Below, one piece after another: positions 56,658 to 64,000 of a DNA stretch of 64,000 nucleotides (position 1 is the first letter of the stretch; every line of letters begins with the position of its first letter). The stretch is from a virus. The translations under genes were made by a program, and so were the position numbers. The notes under the pieces were generated by a model that saw only the letters and a list, made by a program, of their open reading frames with translations, did not search any database and had not been told where the DNA came from. The DNA lies in the IMG/VR virus record IMGVR_UViG_3300004369_000002, positions 40,840 to 104,839 of that record, one strand, 5' to 3'.

Positions 56658-56827
56658 CGACCCGTCGGACCGTGGATGTCATGCGTTCGAAGCGGATGCC
56701 CGCCCGGAAGCAACACCCTCTTCTTCCCGGCCTTTGTTCCAGAAACCTGCTCCACTTCACCGGTCAGCGGGTTGACCCGAGTGCGCCCCTGGCCTGAACC
56801 GCCTCCGCCTTTTTTGCTTTTACCCAT
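56654..56827 (-). CDS. 57-aa basic Gly/Lys-rich protein
   Basis: MGKSKKGGGG...; the longer called ORF runs through the tRNA, so the start is set at 56827. Confidence 0.6.
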   Translation of the reverse strand: MGKSKKGGGGSGQGRTRVNPLTGEVEQVSGTKAGKKRVLLPGGHPLRTHDIHGPTGR

Positions 56828-56872
56828 CACACCAGAATGACAGACCATTGACATTTTTTGGGGAAGGCAACG

Positions 56873-56946
56873 TGCCGGGTACGGGAATCGAACCCGTCTA
56901 CGGGTATTTATAAGATACCTTGCGTCAACCGGACGCATCACCCGGC
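56873..56946 (-). tRNA. tRNA-Ile (anticodon UAU), no encoded CCA
   Basis: Acceptor GCCGGGT/ACCCGGC-A; D stem TGCG/CGCA; anticodon arm GGTAT-CTTATAA-ATACC; T arm ACGGG-TTCGATT-CCCGT; atypical G8. Confidence 0.85.
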
Positions 56947-56960
56947 CTGGGCAACCCCGA

Positions 56961-57593
56961 TCATAGATCGTACTGGAGATAGAAACCGGCCTCCTCCGAC
57001 AAGCCAGTCGCCAAAGCCAAATAAAACGTGTCCGCATCCTCCGGCGCATCCATCGGCTCAACCTCATTCGCCAACATCATCATCGCCACATACGCCGAGT
57101 TCCTCAAAGTGTCCGTGGAATCCGACCTCAACAACGGCCCCCACTCAATTTCCTTACGCATCCGAATCCGGAACGGCACAGCACACACATCCAACGTGTC
57201 AGCCACATGATCCACATGAATAATGCTCAAACACTCAGTCACCCGCTGGCCCGTGTCCTGGACAAACGCCTCCAACAAGTCTTTGTCCTTACTGAACGCC
57301 GGGTCACGACTCACATAGCCCTCCGCCAGAAGCGTGAACGAGTCGCATCCCCAGCCCCGCCTCATCACAACCACAGCATCCGACACCCGACTGGCCTTGT
57401 CTTCCTCCCCGTAGTCCGGCCACGCCAAATCCATCTGGGCGACACACCTCAACTCCGGCCCCACCCAACCCATGATGTTCATTGCGAGTTCCTCGCCCAC
57501 CCCGTAGTCGTGAACCAACTGGGTTTTTGCGACCTTGCCAACGGAAAACGCCAAACTCACCTTTGACACAGGATCCGGATAGACGCTTTCCAC
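56961..57593 (-). CDS. Hypothetical protein
   Basis: Leaderless GTG 7 nt after TAGAGT -10. Confidence 0.65.
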   Translation of the reverse strand: MESVYPDPVSKVSLAFSVGKVAKTQLVHDYGVGEELAMNIMGWVGPELRCVAQMDLAWPDYGEEDKASRVSDAVVVMRRGWGCDSFTLLAEGYVSRDPAFSKDKDLLEAFVQDTGQRVTECLSIIHVDHVADTLDVCAVPFRIRMRKEIEWGPLLRSDSTDTLRNSAYVAMMMLANEVEPMDAPEDADTFYLALATGLSEEAGFYLQYDL

Positions 57594-57744
57594 GCAAATT
57601 ACTCTAATGTGGGGTTTCTGTATGGCGGGGAACCCCACAACTAAACTGCGTCAATGGCGGAACCCAAAAAGAAAAAAGCAAAACGTTCCCCCAAAGTCAT
57701 TCGGGTCAACGACGTCAAAGACCCCAACCTCAGAAAACGGATGC

Positions 57745-58191
57745 TCAAATGGTTTGAGTCGCCAGAATCGCCTTGATCTCCTGCGCCGACAACAACACCA
57801 CCCCGTACTGAAGCCTCAACACGCCGTCATCATCATGCTCCAAAGCGACGTCAACCGCCTCCAGCGGGACTCCAAAGTGAGCGACAAGAGCCGCACGCAC
57901 CTGCGCAGTCCGGGTCTCCGTCATCGCCAACTCAGACCCAAGTTCATCCAGAATGTCGTCATCGTTTCTGGACGAAACACTTGACTTTTCCATCTCCTTC
58001 TGATGGGTTTCAGCCAAAACACAGTTCGGACACGCCAAAACTGGGGTAGCGGCAGCCCGTTTACGCACCTCAATGTGGCCGCACTCCAAATAATGGTGGT
58101 ATTCGACCCGCCCCCACGAGCCAACCCGTTCAGTTCGAACAACTTTTTGGCGGGGAGCAGCCTTGCGGCTTACTGGTTCTCGGCCAGCCAC
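57745..58191 (-). CDS. Zn-ribbon protein
   Basis: LECGH...CPNC. Confidence 0.6.
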   Translation of the reverse strand: MAGREPVSRKAAPRQKVVRTERVGSWGRVEYHHYLECGHIEVRKRAAATPVLACPNCVLAETHQKEMEKSSVSSRNDDDILDELGSELAMTETRTAQVRAALVAHFGVPLEAVDVALEHDDDGVLRLQYGVVLLSAQEIKAILATQTI

Positions 58192-58520
58192 GCCTTGCCT
58201 TCTCGCACAGCGTCCGCTAGTCCCGCCGACCACCTAGCCCCCAAGTAGATCGCCCACTGAGACCCAACCCAACCGGGAAAACTGTCGGCAGACATTTCCG
58301 GCAAAGCCTTCGACACGGCCATCCCCTCCTCATACACCTTGTTCTGTTCCCCCACCCAGGAGATCAGAAAGTCTGAGGGTTCGCCCCCTTCGGCTGCCAG
58401 TTGGTTCACTTCGGCAACCACCTCGTCAGGAGGGAGCAGCAGTTGCCCTTCCTCCGAGTTAGGATCCAACCCCAAACCGCAAAGGCCTACGAGTTCATTG
58501 GGAATAATCGTTTCGCTCAT
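58170..58520 (-). CDS. Hypothetical acidic protein
   Basis: TAATCT -10 7 nt upstream (leaderless). Confidence 0.65.
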   Translation of the reverse strand: MSETIIPNELVGLCGLGLDPNSEEGQLLLPPDEVVAEVNQLAAEGGEPSDFLISWVGEQNKVYEEGMAVSKALPEMSADSFPGWVGSQWAIYLGARWSAGLADAVREGKAWLAENQ

Positions 58521-58557
58521 ACCGGAAAGATTAGCCGAAAAAAGTTCGTGGAAATGC

Positions 58558-58586
58558 TTGACTCAACCCCCCAAAGTTCATACGTT
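58558..58586 (+). promoter_or_regulatory. Leaderless sigma-A-type promoter
   Basis: TTGACT-17-TACGTT; ATG at 58593. Confidence 0.65.
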
Positions 58587-58592
58587 GAGGCC

Positions 58593-58853
58593 ATGACCTA
58601 CTACCGCAAACCACACCCTCCGATCTACTACAAGATTCGAACAGTTGTTCGGGTCGGATTCTGGGGATCTGTCGCCGTCGGCGTCACGTCGTTCGCCTCA
58701 TGGTTCGCCCAGTTGGACGACAAGCCGGAATGTCCGATCACTCTCAACAGCGACTTCACCTACGACACCCACAGCGAGTTCGACCCAACCAAGTGTTCGG
58801 CAGGCCACAACGTCACCCTCATCGACGACCATCATTGGGGTTGGACAGACTGA
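58593..58853 (+). CDS. Single-TM protein with small Cys-pair ectodomain
   Basis: Basic N-terminus, TM segment, two Cys. Confidence 0.6.
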   Translation: MTYYRKPHPPIYYKIRTVVRVGFWGSVAVGVTSFASWFAQLDDKPECPITLNSDFTYDTHSEFDPTKCSAGHNVTLIDDHHWGWTD

Positions 58854-58914
58854 AAAGTTGCGGTTCCTTGATAGTGAACGTATAATAGGGTTAGCCCTAC
58901 TACGAAAGGAACCT

Positions 58915-59076
58915 ATGACCGAGCAATTGGTCGACCTAAACAGCGAAGCAAAACGCCTCATCGACGACGCCCTCGCCGAGATCGCCAACGTCAACTTCGT
59001 CGAAGCCCCCAAAATGACAGACCTTCTGTTGGACATTCGACTTGCCCTGGGAGTAGCCGATGAAAGTGAAGCCTGA
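58915..59076 (+). CDS. 53-aa hypothetical protein
   Basis: TTGCGG-17-TATAAT promoter (58858-58886); SD AAAGGA; DLLLDIR motif. Confidence 0.65.
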   Translation: MTEQLVDLNSEAKRLIDDALAEIANVNFVEAPKMTDLLLDIRLALGVADESEA

Positions 59077-59290
59077 CCTCACCTTCGACAAGTTCGTTAG
59101 CGAGGTCCAGGCATACCACAGCAAACTGAAAGCCGAAGACTGGACGATCAGATACGGACAAACATTGTTCCAATGCGTGTGGGACGTCCGCCCTGACATC
59201 GCCGACGAGTTACGAGGACACCTCCTTGACCCGTTCCACAAAGAAAAGGTCAGTGATGAAACCTACGAGTTCATCAAAGATCGCTGGTAA
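59060..59290 (+). CDS. Conserved small phage protein
   Basis: RYGQ..F......RPDIA..L.G...DPFH. Confidence 0.7.
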   Translation: MKVKPDLTFDKFVSEVQAYHSKLKAEDWTIRYGQTLFQCVWDVRPDIADELRGHLLDPFHKEKVSDETYEFIKDRW

Positions 59291-59311
59291 GTAGTAGGGC
59301 ATACCCAGCAA

Positions 59312-59347
59312 GCAAAGAACCCCGACCGCAAAGGCCGGGGTTCTTTG
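59312..59347. terminator. Bidirectional terminator
   Basis: CAAAGAACCCCG..CC-GCAA-AGG..CGGGGTTCTTTG between convergent genes. Confidence 0.8.
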
Positions 59348-59373
59348 TTATCTCCGACAAGAGAGAAAACAGA

Positions 59374-59841
59374 TCAGAACGGTTCGTCTTCCTCAACGAC
59401 CATCGTCGCCTGCCCAGTCGTCCGACCAGCAGACTGGCGGGACTTCTGCGAACGAGCAGCCGCTGACGACGAAGAACCTTCCGCCGAACGCTGCTTGCGG
59501 GTCACCGACTCCAAACCACGAGCCGCCAAAGCGATCTCGTCGGCAACCAACTCAACGATCGAACGGTTCTGTCCGTCCTTATCTTCGTAAGTGCGCTGCT
59601 CAAGGCGACCCACCACGACGATCCGCATCCCCTTCTCCAACACGTTGGCTGCGTCTTCGGCCAGATTTCGCCACGCAACCACATTAAAGAACGAGGTCTT
59701 CTCCTGCTTCTCGCCGGACTGATCAGTCCAATAGTGCGAGCAGGCAACTCCGAGCGACAACTTGGCTGCGCCGCCCCCTGTGAACATCAACTTGGGTTCC
59801 TGAGTGATGTTCCCAACAAAATATGCTGGTGATGCTGACAT
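59374..59841 (-). CDS. ssb: Single-stranded DNA-binding protein
   Basis: VGNITQEP...TSFFNVVAWRNLAE...KGMRIVVVGRLEQR..YE; C-terminal DEPF. Confidence 0.95.
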   Translation of the reverse strand: MSASPAYFVGNITQEPKLMFTGGGAAKLSLGVACSHYWTDQSGEKQEKTSFFNVVAWRNLAEDAANVLEKGMRIVVVGRLEQRTYEDKDGQNRSIVELVADEIALAARGLESVTRKQRSAEGSSSSAAARSQKSRQSAGRTTGQATMVVEEDEPF

Positions 59842-59907
59842 TGTTCGTATCCTCCTCTGCTAGGCGGGACTTCTCCGCCTTGCGCCCGACAGCATAGTGG
59901 ATCGGCT

Positions 59908-60147
59908 ATGGTTCCGCAGGTGAGTGACGCTTCTTTTTCTGATGAACGCCTCCTGGTGATCGGGCGGATCGCCCAGACTTTGCTGGAACTTGCCGTTGAT
60001 GTCGACCGGGTTGCCCCCTCCGAGGTGGAGAACCTGTTGGATCAGTTCAAATCTGTCGCAACTTTGATTGTCAACGACCTGAACTTCGAAATTTCTCGTG
60101 TTGATGGGCCAGAACTTGAGTGCCGGGTCATTCCCCGTTTGCCCTGA
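59908..60147 (+). CDS. Hypothetical protein
   Basis: ORF divergent from ssb. Confidence 0.5.
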   Translation: MVPQVSDASFSDERLLVIGRIAQTLLELAVDVDRVAPSEVENLLDQFKSVATLIVNDLNFEISRVDGPELECRVIPRLP

Positions 60148-60185
60148 ATGCGGAGGTCAGTACGACCCCGCCGAGGAGACGCACA

Positions 60186-60578
60186 TTATTCTTGAGGGCC
60201 GTCCACTCCAACGATGCCTTCGGCTTTCAACACCTCATCGCAGGCCTTTGCCGCCGCCAGTCCCGAGCGATGAACCACATCGTTGAGAAAGTCGTTCCAA
60301 CTTTCGGTCATCTGCGCTTTGACGTACATCGAATCGTCGAACACCCCGTAGTTGCTGAACACATAGTCGTCGACTTCGTTGCGCTCCATGACCACAACTG
60401 ACGTGAACCGATCCATGTTGTCGATCGCAATCAGTATGTCAACCAAAGCCATGTCGCCGAAACGCTTGTAAAACTCCCGAACCATTGACTTCGCAGCCAT
60501 CCGCCGGAAATGCGCCTCAGGGTTGATCGCCGAGGACACCAAACTCTGAACATCCTCAGGGAGTTCATCTTCATCCAC
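60186..60578 (-). CDS. Hypothetical protein
   Basis: 130-aa ORF with plausible composition. Confidence 0.6.
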   Translation of the reverse strand: MDEDELPEDVQSLVSSAINPEAHFRRMAAKSMVREFYKRFGDMALVDILIAIDNMDRFTSVVVMERNEVDDYVFSNYGVFDDSMYVKAQMTESWNDFLNDVVHRSGLAAAKACDEVLKAEGIVGVDGPQE

Positions 60579-60592
60579 GACAGGCCCCTAAC

Positions 60593-60624
60593 GACTTGTG
60601 GGGAGGTTTCCCTCCCCACAAGTC
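60593..60624. terminator. Perfect 14-bp hairpin
   Basis: GACTTGTGGGGAGG-TTTC-CCTCCCCACAAGTC downstream of the DUF932 gene. Confidence 0.75.
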
Positions 60625-60644
60625 TACTTGATGTTGTTGTCAGA

Positions 60645-61673
60645 TCAGACGAGAGACAGGACTGCCTGCTGAGCCTCAATCTTTGTACGAGTCACCCAAC
60701 TGTTGTCGTCCAGCGACGCCATAGCCCGATCCTTCGGGTCGGCCTCCCGGTGGTGATCCAGGTATTCGCCGATGGCGTTGTAGATCGCCCAACCGTTGTA
60801 GCCGAAACCTCCGCCATTCTTGTCCGAATCGTAGATCGCACGAATCGTCATGTTCTGACGCTCCCGATTGTTGCGTTGACGCTCTGTCTCGCTACCTTTT
60901 TCCGGGAACACCGAGTTGAGGACCTTGTCCAACTGGCGAGACGAACGAGGCACAGACACGTTGAGCATCTGCTCCGCCATCCGCTGAAACTCCTTCGCCC
61001 AATCCGTGGAAATCTCCAACACCCGCTGAGCATCTTCGAACACCGAGTCAATGTTCTTGGTGTGGCGTGCTACGAACACCCGTTCGGCGTTGCTGAGACC
61101 GAGGCGAACTGTGTTGTTACACACCGCCCGAATGTCGGTATTGGCGTACCGGACAGGCCAGACTCCGTCGTGACCCGTGGAAACAACCAAGTAGCGGGCG
61201 ATCCGATCGTTCACGCCCGTCGGGTCAATGACCAGGGGTCCGAGGTTGATCGTCATGAAGAACCGCTTGCCGTCCAACAGGACACCAGCCGTATCGACGA
61301 CCGCATCTCCTCGTGATGCACCCACGACAGCGAGTGCTCGCTCGGCAACCTCAATGTTCTGCTTGACCGTGTATCGGGTTCCAACTGTGGCCAAACCATC
61401 GTACGAGCCGTCGTCGTTGGCTCGGATTGTTGCCCGGCTGTCTTCGATCACCACGGGAGTCCCGTCTGGGTTCCTGAGGACGTTGCCGTCGTCGTCGATA
61501 GCAACAACTTTGACAAGGCGTACCTCATAGTTGGCTTCGGCGGCTTCTAGCATCTGGTCAACTGTGGCAAGGCCAGCGAGGGGGACGCCCAGGCGATGCC
61601 AGGGTGCTCCTCCGGTGGATGCGTAGGCGAACTTGGCTGTGCCGTCCGCCTTGATTTCTAACTCGTGTGCCAT
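60645..61673 (-). CDS. DUF932/DUF945 (LGT_TIGR03299-like) phage/plasmid protein
   Basis: MAHELE...PWHRLG...VG.RY...QN...TAG.L..G...GHDG...IRAVCNNT...RHT. Confidence 0.88.
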   Translation of the reverse strand: MAHELEIKADGTAKFAYASTGGAPWHRLGVPLAGLATVDQMLEAAEANYEVRLVKVVAIDDDGNVLRNPDGTPVVIEDSRATIRANDDGSYDGLATVGTRYTVKQNIEVAERALAVVGASRGDAVVDTAGVLLDGKRFFMTINLGPLVIDPTGVNDRIARYLVVSTGHDGVWPVRYANTDIRAVCNNTVRLGLSNAERVFVARHTKNIDSVFEDAQRVLEISTDWAKEFQRMAEQMLNVSVPRSSRQLDKVLNSVFPEKGSETERQRNNRERQNMTIRAIYDSDKNGGGFGYNGWAIYNAIGEYLDHHREADPKDRAMASLDDNSWVTRTKIEAQQAVLSLV

Positions 61674-61772
61674 CGGTTTGTATCTCCTCTCATGATGGCT
61701 GGATTTGTCGGAAACCACACTAGCCGATGGTTCTGTACAAATCCAACCTAAATCAGAAAAATCTCTGGGTGG

Positions 61773-61801
61773 TTGACATTTCAGATAAATCCCCTTACAA
61801 T
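61773..61801 (+). promoter_or_regulatory. Leaderless near-consensus promoter
   Basis: TTGACA-17-TACAAT; ATG at 61809. Confidence 0.8.
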
Positions 61802-61808
61802 CAAAGTC

Positions 61809-62978
61809 ATGCCCAACCTGACCTACAACCTGAGCACCGCACTACAGGCTCACGAACAACGCCGTAGCGCACTCAAACAAGTCCAACAGGACGTCCAAGC
61901 AGGCCGAGAGCGCACCAACCGCAACGTCTGGCAGTCCGCCCGCCTCATGACCTGTATCTACCCTGACGCCACCGGCAGGACCGAGGCCCGCCTCACCAAC
62001 GGAGCAACAGTCTCAACAGTCCAAGACCGAGAACCCAACAACACTCATTTCAGTCTGGCCATCGGCAACCTCGCCAAAGAGCAACGCCTCCTCAACGAAC
62101 ACCCGATCACTTACGTCGGCCCGGAAGTCATGGATCTGCTCAACATCGCCATCGCCAAGATGGATTCCGATGTCATTCACCCCACCGACCTCACCGCCCC
62201 ATCCGGCTTCATCTACCTGAGCAAGCCCATCTACCTCCCTGACTTTCACCCCGAAACAGGTGAATACGACGAACGGGCCCAGTACGGCGTCCGAGCCATC
62301 TCCTGGCACATCGAACGAATCGGGAAAGCATACGGGACTGATGATGTCGGCCCAGGAGTGATCCTCAACCTGTACACGGACGCCGGGATCACCAAAGAGG
62401 TCATCGAACCCGGACTTCGACAGATTTGGGAGGACGAAAAGGACACCCCGTACCCTGGTATCGAACTGGACGCCCCCCACCACATGATGTTCCCCGGTGA
62501 TCAGCACGCTTGGGGTTTCGGTATGCCGTGGATCGTCAACTCTGACCTCACGGCCACGAAGATCACTGCGCTCGGCGACTCCACGGTGACCCCCATACCC
62601 GTTGCCAACGTTCGCAAGTGGTTCCTGGCTTTCATGCGGTTCTGTTGGCAGGAGATCATCATTCCTCGCCAGCCTTCCAATAGCGACATTCCTCGTCAGC
62701 AACGCCGGTCGTTTGAGCGAACAACGACGGTCGCTAACCCGATCAACGTCGTGTACCTACGACGCACCCGTGAGGACGGTGACACGGAGCCGACAGAGGG
62801 CTATTCGCTTGCTTATCGGGTTCTTGTCCGAGGGCATTGGCGTAACCAGTGGTATCCGTCGCTTGGGCCGGTTGATGACCCGATGTCGCATCGTCGCATC
62901 TGGATCGATCCCCATGTCAAGGGACCAGATCATGCCCCATTTAGGGATACTGTCAAGGTGACTGCGGTGGTCCGCTGA
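61809..62978 (+). CDS. Conserved phage protein of the VRGHWR-motif family
   Basis: VRGHWRNQWYPS...HRRIWIDPHVKGP..AP. Confidence 0.7.
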   Translation: MPNLTYNLSTALQAHEQRRSALKQVQQDVQAGRERTNRNVWQSARLMTCIYPDATGRTEARLTNGATVSTVQDREPNNTHFSLAIGNLAKEQRLLNEHPITYVGPEVMDLLNIAIAKMDSDVIHPTDLTAPSGFIYLSKPIYLPDFHPETGEYDERAQYGVRAISWHIERIGKAYGTDDVGPGVILNLYTDAGITKEVIEPGLRQIWEDEKDTPYPGIELDAPHHMMFPGDQHAWGFGMPWIVNSDLTATKITALGDSTVTPIPVANVRKWFLAFMRFCWQEIIIPRQPSNSDIPRQQRRSFERTTTVANPINVVYLRRTREDGDTEPTEGYSLAYRVLVRGHWRNQWYPSLGPVDDPMSHRRIWIDPHVKGPDHAPFRDTVKVTAVVR

Positions 62979-63040
62979 GCAGGGTCATTCGCTGATACAG
63001 TTCGTGTTGCCGTGCTCGTCGCGGTTATCCCCACCACCAG

Positions 63041-63076
63041 CAAACCTCCGATGTCGATGATGGCGTCGGAGGTTTG
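63041..63076 (+). terminator. Terminator hairpin
   Basis: CAAACCTCCGATGTC...GGCGTCGGAGGTTTG, extendable with CCCCACCACCA/TGGTTGTGGGG. Confidence 0.7.
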
Positions 63077-63120
63077 TCGTTATTGGTTGTGGGGTTGTAA
63101 CGAAAGTCTCACAAATCTAG

Positions 63121-63149
63121 TTGACATTCTTGGTTAGCCTCCTTATAAT
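63121..63149 (+). promoter_or_regulatory. Leaderless consensus promoter
   Basis: TTGACA-17-TATAAT; ATG at 63156. Confidence 0.85.
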
Positions 63150-63155
63150 GTCGCT

Positions 63156-63434
63156 ATGTTCATTATCGGAGTTCGGTTGATCGCCGACAACATCGGTATC
63201 GACCCGTGGGACGTTGACCTCACCAAGGTTCGCCTATTCGCTCGCAAGAACGAAAAAGCCCCCACCAGTCGATTCTGGTTCGGTTCGCCGTGTCGTTTCG
63301 TCAGGAACATCGACTTCATCGTCCATGTCCTACTCCCCGAAATGATCGCCGAAAAGCACCCGACATGGGCCACCTACCTTCGTAGCACTAGCCCCCGATG
63401 GGGACGCTCATGGAGAACCTGGGAGGTGAACTAA
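63156..63434 (+). CDS. Hypothetical protein
   Basis: Follows the consensus promoter. Confidence 0.65.
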   Translation: MFIIGVRLIADNIGIDPWDVDLTKVRLFARKNEKAPTSRFWFGSPCRFVRNIDFIVHVLLPEMIAEKHPTWATYLRSTSPRWGRSWRTWEVN

Positions 63435-63544
63435 TGGGAGACATCATCTCAGCATTCATGGTTGTCGTCGGCATCATGACTGGCGGTTTCATCTTCATCA
63501 AAGCGTTGATTATGACCGCCGATAAGATCGCCGGAGATCTGTGA
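63434..63544 (+). CDS. 36-aa single-TM peptide
   Basis: SD GGAGGTGA; MGDIISAFMVVVGIMTGGFIFIKALIM... Confidence 0.6.
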   Translation: MGDIISAFMVVVGIMTGGFIFIKALIMTADKIAGDL

Positions 63545-63668
63545 GGCTGTCGGCCTGTCAAGCCGGGAGTCAAATGAGGCAAGTAACAAAGGGGTGAGGC
63601 GAGCCGAGCGAGGGGACATTCCCGAGCGATGAAGCCAGCCACCTCGGAGCGAAAAGCCAAACCTCACA
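63540..63668 (+). ncRNA. Candidate structured RNA
   Basis: Closed by TGTGAGG/CCTCACA; internal stems; purine-rich loops; followed by a terminator. Confidence 0.35.
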
Positions 63669-63673
63669 AAAGC

Positions 63674-63714
63674 AAGAACCCCGCCGAAAGAGGAAACGGG
63701 TCGGCGGGGTTCTT
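63674..63714. terminator. Bidirectional terminator
   Basis: AAGAACCCCGCCGA...TCGGCGGGGTTCTT. Confidence 0.8.
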
Positions 63715-63736
63715 CGCTATCTGCGGGACTATCGAA

Positions 63737-64000
63737 TCAGGGATGTGGCTGAATCTTTGTGTACTTGTCGCAGGGTGTCGCCCACGGGCCACGCCATCCG
63801 CACCCATGCTTTGCTTCCCCATACATCCAGATCGCCAACCCCGCTCGGAGGTTGATCACCGGATCGTACAGGTCGTCGCACTCCGAAAGGATCCCTTGAT
63901 CCTGCAACCAGCCTGCCTTCGAATACTTCGTCGGCTTACACCAATAGCCGTTGATCTGCATCAGACCACGACTGCCCGACATCGGATCGGTCTTGTTGTG
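63737..64000 (-). CDS. Lytic transglycosylase (SLT-like), 5' part outside the window
   Basis: SRGLMQIN...L.DP..N.RA...IW....GW..PW. Confidence 0.8.
   Translation of the reverse strand, partial: HNKTDPMSGSRGLMQINGYWCKPTKYSKAGWLQDQGILSECDDLYDPVINLRAGLAIWMYGEAKHGCGWRGPWATPCDKYTKIQPHP

Noticed and set aside
1-64000. Alternative genetic code / stop-codon reassignment
   Set aside because: Standard code 11 gives dense, intact genes ending in TAA, TAG and TGA; no suppressor tRNA seen

Overview
This 64 kb window is a segment of a large tailed dsDNA phage genome, probably with a contractile tail, infecting an Actinomycetota host. Host evidence: WhiB, a DUF732-like lipoprotein, many leaderless sigma-A-type promoters, TTGTCCACA DnaA boxes and TCGAAC-N4-GTTCG LexA-type boxes. 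1-6.6 kb: end of the tape measure gene and the baseplate genes. 6.6-37.8 kb: about 40 fibre/appendage genes built from a few recurring modules. These are a ~38-aa 'AKGD' linker (9 copies in 7 genes), recurring pairs of C-terminal and N-terminal motifs in adjacent genes, and nine paralogous ~180-aa beta proteins in three triplets, where only the first member carries an anchor-like peptide. 37.7-40.6 kb: two Fe/2OG dioxygenases, a methyltransferase and a nuclease-like gene. 40.6-51.6 kb: class II RNR, WhiB, ThyX, primase-helicase, a TerS-like gene and a large DUF3626-like protein with a small partner gene. 51.6-64 kb: small accessory genes. This part includes a non-coding strand-skew switch at ~54.4 kb with tandem LexA-like and DnaA boxes, a tRNA-Ile(UAU), a 12-codon minigene with a perfect SD, SSB, DUF932, a candidate structured RNA and a partial lytic transglycosylase. 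All family assignments come from recognising motifs by eye; no database search was run.
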